DNA of 64,000 nucleotides. Source: Alphaproteobacteria bacterium (lineage in GTDB: Bacteria > Pseudomonadota > Alphaproteobacteria > GCA-2746255). A program made the translations under genes and the position numbers. The stretch spans positions 1,184,001 to 1,248,000 of the forward strand of contig OZ252220.1 of the NCBI GenBank assembly GCA_965249135.1. Direction: 5' to 3'. Shown piece after piece: positions 63,412-64,000 of the stretch (its first letter is position 1; each line of letters opens with the position of its first letter). Below the pieces are notes generated by a model. The model was not told the origin of the DNA and did no database searches. It saw nothing but the letters and a program-made list of their open reading frames with translations.

Positions 63412-64000
63412 CCGAGCTTCGCAACGATTGCTTCGCGGCGGACGCACGCCGGATGCCGCTGGCGGAAGCGCTTGCACTACTGAAGGCGCGTCTTGCGGTC
63501 GTCGTGGCAAGGGAGGCGGTAGGTTTAAGCCAGGCCTCGGGGCGGATCCTGGCGGAAGCGATCGTCTCGCCGCGCGACGTGCCGCCCCACGACAACGCGG
63601 CCGTCGACGGCTATGCCGTCTTCTTCGACGACCTCTCAAGCGAAGGCGAAACGAAGCTTCCCGTCACGGGCCGGATCGCCGCCGGCCATCCGCTCGACCG
63701 CCCGGCCCGGCGCGGCGAGGCGATTCGCATCTTCACCGGCGCTGCCGTGCCGGAAGGCCCGGACACGATCTTCATGCAGGAGGACTGTGCGGCGATGAGC
63801 GACGCCGTCCGGCTTCCGGCGGGCATCGGCAAGGGCGCCAACCTTCGAAAGCGGGGCGAAGACGTCCGTAGGGGCGATCGCGTGCTCGACGAAGGACGCC
63901 GGCTCAAGGCGCAGGACATCGGGCTTGCCGCCTCGGTTGGCTGCGTCCGCCTCCCGGTTTTCAAGCCCCTTCGGGTGGCCGCCTTCTCGACCGGCGACGA
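63408..64000 (+). CDS. moeA: Molybdopterin molybdotransferase MoeA (3' truncated by window edge)
   Basis: ATG overlaps the mobB stop; GRILAE, PPHDNAAVDGYAV, RIFTGA, MQED, FSTGD; absent from the ORF track because it has no stop in the window. Confidence 0.93.
   Translation, partial: MTELRNDCFAADARRMPLAEALALLKARLAVVVAREAVGLSQASGRILAEAIVSPRDVPPHDNAAVDGYAVFFDDLSSEGETKLPVTGRIAAGHPLDRPARRGEAIRIFTGAAVPEGPDTIFMQEDCAAMSDAVRLPAGIGKGANLRKRGEDVRRGDRVLDEGRRLKAQDIGLAASVGCVRLPVFKPLRVAAFSTGD

Overview
High-GC alphaproteobacterial chromosome segment; gene order and motifs suggest a Rhodospirillales-like organism (inference). It is mostly housekeeping: ftsZ(partial)-lpxC-bamD-recN-ligA, pepP-uvrD, clc, sahR-metF-metH, tRNA(CAT)-rpoD-dnaG-yqeY, carAB-greA, lrp, trxB, msrP, an aminotransferase, uvrB, two antiporters, folB, uvrC-pgsA-mobB-moeA(partial). 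Five things stand out. (1) A 2.85-kb integrase-free restriction-modification cassette (HTH controller, SacI-family REase, C5-MTase) is bounded by a 63-bp imperfect direct repeat that duplicates the -10 box and first 15 codons of uvrD. (2) A 2.06-kb AT-rich islet is bounded by a perfect 15-bp direct repeat, also a -10-like box; two of its three membrane-protein genes carry in-frame TAG codons. (3) Two tandem PAS histidine kinase genes are both frameshifted, and an antisense group II intron, whose RT is also frameshifted, separates them from their response regulator. (4) A candidate ~305-nt structured non-coding RNA lies between an ECF-type promoter (GTAACC-N16-CATC) and an intrinsic terminator, divergent from an ECF sigma/zinc anti-sigma pair. 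(5) A CtrA box, DnaA boxes and an AT-rich tract upstream of uvrC look origin-like. RpoD also carries an 8x15-bp in-frame repeat. All calls were made by eye from motifs; no database searches were run.
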